DNA of 64,000 nucleotides from Macrostomum hystrix (lineage: Eukaryota; Animalia; Platyhelminthes). The translations under genes and the position numbers were made by a program. The stretch's first letter is position 1. The number at the start of each line of letters is the position of its first letter. The notes below the pieces were generated by a model that saw nothing but the letters and a program-made list of their open reading frames with translations, had not been told where the DNA came from and did no database searches. Location of the stretch: NCBI GenBank assembly GCA_950097015.1, contig CATNEN010000024.1, positions 2,480,001-2,544,000 on the forward strand, written 5' to 3'. This document shows, in pieces, positions 60,821 through 64,000 of this stretch.

Positions 60821-61649
60821 CTGCGGTTATTGTAAGACCTGCTTGTAAGACCTTTGTGTACTTCCTCTGCAGAATTTAGTGACAACACTAAAATGGCAAT
60901 CTCTAAAAACCACGAATGACCTAGTGAAGAATAGTATTAAGGTCCTAAGCATGGATATTATAGCTTATTAATAATCTATGAATGACCGAATGGCGATATA
61001 AAAATGGTCAACGATTTCAAACTACCTATTCTAGTCAATAATGCTGCGTTAAGCTCAAATAAAAATCGTGACATTTTTTAAAGATTCTGTTAATATTTTT
61101 CGCACATATAATGACAGTTTATACACTTCTTATCGGACCTTCAAGTCGTGAGTCCGATGCTCTAACCACTTGGCTACAAGGCTAAAAGACTAATAAACTT
61201 GGCAAATAATAAAAGAAACACAAAATCATTATTTGTACCAACGCCCATTTTTTGTCTCAGATTTTGGACAAAAGAAAATGAGACATCACACACTTGATAC
61301 ACACACAGACAAACACAGCCCATTAGAAGAAGCAATTCAGGCAGTAGTGACTCACTCAACTCTCACAGTGAGACTTATGTTGGGTGTGTGACTCAACTGA
61401 CTCAACTGGCGCAAAAGCAGAAAAATGAACAGAATTTATAGACTCAGATATGCTTGCTTCTCTCCAAGGCATTTTTATGACTATAGCCATTTTTGTAGTA
61501 AAACTATTCATAAATTTTATATATATATCGTTTCTCTCTCATTTTTTCGGATAAGACGGGCAATTTCTAATAATAAATACAACTATTAGTGTTGAATTTT
61601 CCTTAAATTTGATTCTCTAATTATCTGTCAATGTTTCTCACAGTTTATA

Positions 61650-62180
61650 ATAGCTTTATCTCACCCTCTCATTGTTCGTCTCACCCTCTCATAGTTTATT
61701 TCATCCTCTCATTGTTTATCTCACCCTCTCATAGTTTATCTCACCCTCTCATTGTTTATCTCACCCTCTCATTGTTTATCTCACCCTCTTATAGTTTATC
61801 TCACCCTCTCATAGTTTATCTCACCCTCTTATAGTTTATCTCACCCTCTTATAGTTTATCTCACCCTATCATTGTTTATCTCACCCTCTCATTGTTTATC
61901 TCACCCTCTCATTGTTTATCTCACGCTCTCATTGTTTATCTCACCCTCTCATTGTTTATCTCACGCTCTCATTGTTTATCTCACCCTCTCATTGTTTATC
62001 TCACCCTATCATTGTTTTTCTCATCCTCTCATTTTTTATCTCACCCTCTCATTGTTTATCTCACCCTCTCATTGTTTACCTCACGCTCTCATTGTTTATC
62101 TCACCCTCTCATTGTTTATCTCACCCTATCATTGTTTTTCTCACCCTCTCATTTTTTATATCACCCTCTCATTGTTTATC
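61650..62180. repeat. 20-bp minisatellite (tcaccctctcattgtttatc)
   Basis: Direct tandem repetition. Confidence 0.9.
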
Positions 62181-62694
62181 TGTTTATTTGTTTATCTCAA
62201 CAATATTTACGTTCTCTAAAGATTTTACGGTATGTCTGCTAACTCGTATGTTAAACCAAAACGCCCTCCGTTATCCAGTTGGAATATTCCAAATAAAGCG
62301 AATGTACTTTTCAGACACCGCAGCAAAACCAAACCAAGCAGGCCGATCGATTTTTTCTTCTCCTCTTAACGCGAAGAAACTATTGTCGATATTTTTCTGA
62401 CCACCCCACTGCTAGAACTTTCTCTCTGCCCTACCCAAACCCCCCCCCGGCTACACCTTCGAGTCCCACCACGCTGGAGCAGCTTTTTTTATTGCAACTC
62501 ACTAATTTGATCTCGAGTTTCATCTCACAGTCTCTACCCTGTCCCTTACTTCTGCCTGACATCGAATTCTGCTCCTAAGCGGTCACTGACGAGCTCTCTA
62601 TACTATTATAGATTAGTTTTATTCCCTTAACACCCTACTTCGGCTAATGCTACGCTCGTAGTTAGAATTTGAATCTACCACTGAATCTGTCGAC

Positions 62695-62759
62695 AGCAGC
62701 AGCAGCAACGGCAGCAGCAGCAGCAGCAACAGCAGTAACAGCAGCAACAACAACGATAG

Positions 62760-62800
<41 letters not shown>

Positions 62801-62942
62801 ACAGCAACGATAGCAACAGCAGCAGCAGCAGCAGCAACAGCAGTAACAGCAGTAACAGCAGCAACAACAACGATAGCATCAGCAGCAGCAGCAGCAGCAA
62901 CAGCAACAGCAGCAGCAGCAACAGCAACGATAGCAACAGCAG

Positions 62943-62977
<35 letters not shown>

Positions 62978-63335
62978 ACAGCAGCAGCAGCAACAGCAAA
63001 GATAGCAACAGCAGCAGCAGCAGCAACGGCAGCAGCTGCAGCAACAGCAACAGCAGCAACAGCAACAGTAGCAGCAGCAACAGCAGCAGCAGCAGCAACG
63101 GCAGCAGCTGCAGCAGCAGGAACAGCAGCGGTAGCAACAGCAGCAGCAGCAACAGCAGCAGCAGCAACAGCAGCAGCAGCAACAGCAAAGATAGCAACAG
63201 CAGCAGCAGCAGCAACGGCAGCAGCTGCAGCAACAGCAACAGCAGCAACAGCAACAGTAGCAGCAGCAACAGCAGCAGCAGCAGCAACGGCAGCAGCTGC
63301 AGCAGCAGCAACAGCAGCGGTAGCAACAGCAGCAA
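62695..63335. repeat. Interrupted (GCA/ACA)n trinucleotide repeat, ~640 bp
   Basis: cagcagcaa triplets with internal block duplications. Confidence 0.9.
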
Positions 63336-64000
63336 AAAAACTGTTAGAAATAAAATCAAGAGTTCTATCTGTATGAAAAATGGGAACTAATATAATTTAC
63401 AATTTTAATGCTGCTCATAAATGGACTATAAACCCCATAAAAGTACACGGCCGCACGAAACAAACAACACGAAATGCGACAGTGCATAGCTCGTATAGCA
63501 CTGACCTGACACTGACACACCCAAAGTCGCTCACACAGTGATAGTGCAAAATAATGGCTTTGTAATTCTCAAAAGACTCTAAACTGCCTCATCCGAGTCA
63601 TCCCATCGCTTCCTCATTAGTGATAAAAATCCACCGATTGCTAGGCAGAATGTTGAGCAATTCGATTTTTTGTCAGTGAATAGGTAATCAATATGACCAT
63701 GCCAGTAATTGCATGAAGCTGTGATTCCGCCTTATTGGGTTAGGAACTTCAAGTATTGGATTTATCCAGTTGAAACGAAAACATTTGATCAAAATTTGAT
63801 ACATGTTCAGACAGAAAAGTTTCTTCTTGTCACATCTAAAGCCGTATAATAAAATTATTTACTAAAATGGCTACTAAATATCACAGTGACGTAACGAGGA
63901 CGGAATAAAAGTACATTCAGGTAGCCAGGAGGCAATAAAGTACAGAAGCCCTGGCTATGACCCAAAAAAGTACACATGGGTAGCCATGCCTCACTAAAGT

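Noticed and set aside
62619-63376. Poly-Leu and poly-Ala proteins
   Set aside because: Trinucleotide-repeat artefacts without ATG starts or other coding support.

Overview
Eukaryotic, intron-rich genomic DNA. GC-rich exons alternate with AT-rich or minisatellite-filled introns; this style suggests the flatworm Macrostomum lignano (inference, not verified). I assembled gene models by hand from GT/GC-AG junctions and phase-compatible frames. In order: (1) a tandem array of four 3-exon genes for type-I membrane proteins with thrombospondin-type (WxxW..C..RxRxC) Cys/Trp-rich ectodomains; three end in a PY (L/PPxY) tail, while the third copy is a chimera without one (360-15997); (2) a CD20/MS4A-like tetraspan gene; (3) a stand-alone CASP golgin gene with a GC-AG first intron and no Cut/homeobox exons; (4) a minus-strand THAP-like/CxxC zinc-finger gene missed by the ORF track and lacking its own ATG; (5) a small candidate membrane ORF; (6) a tRNA-derived SINE; (7) an internally deleted PHD-bearing Mutator-like transposon with TIRs and a near-perfect 8-bp TSD; (8) a nischarin-like PX gene with a ~1.8-kb in-frame coding minisatellite; (9) tRNA-Arg(ACG); (10) the 3' part of a SHANK gene (ankyrin + PDZ + Pro-rich, no SH3 or SAM seen). 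The best novel leads are the receptor array, a 41-nt duplication in copies 1/2 that forms a frame-restoring GT..AG micro-intron, and signs of spliced-leader trans-splicing/operon-like organisation. Most long low-complexity ORFs in the track are artefacts of intronic minisatellites. Repeat boundaries are approximate.
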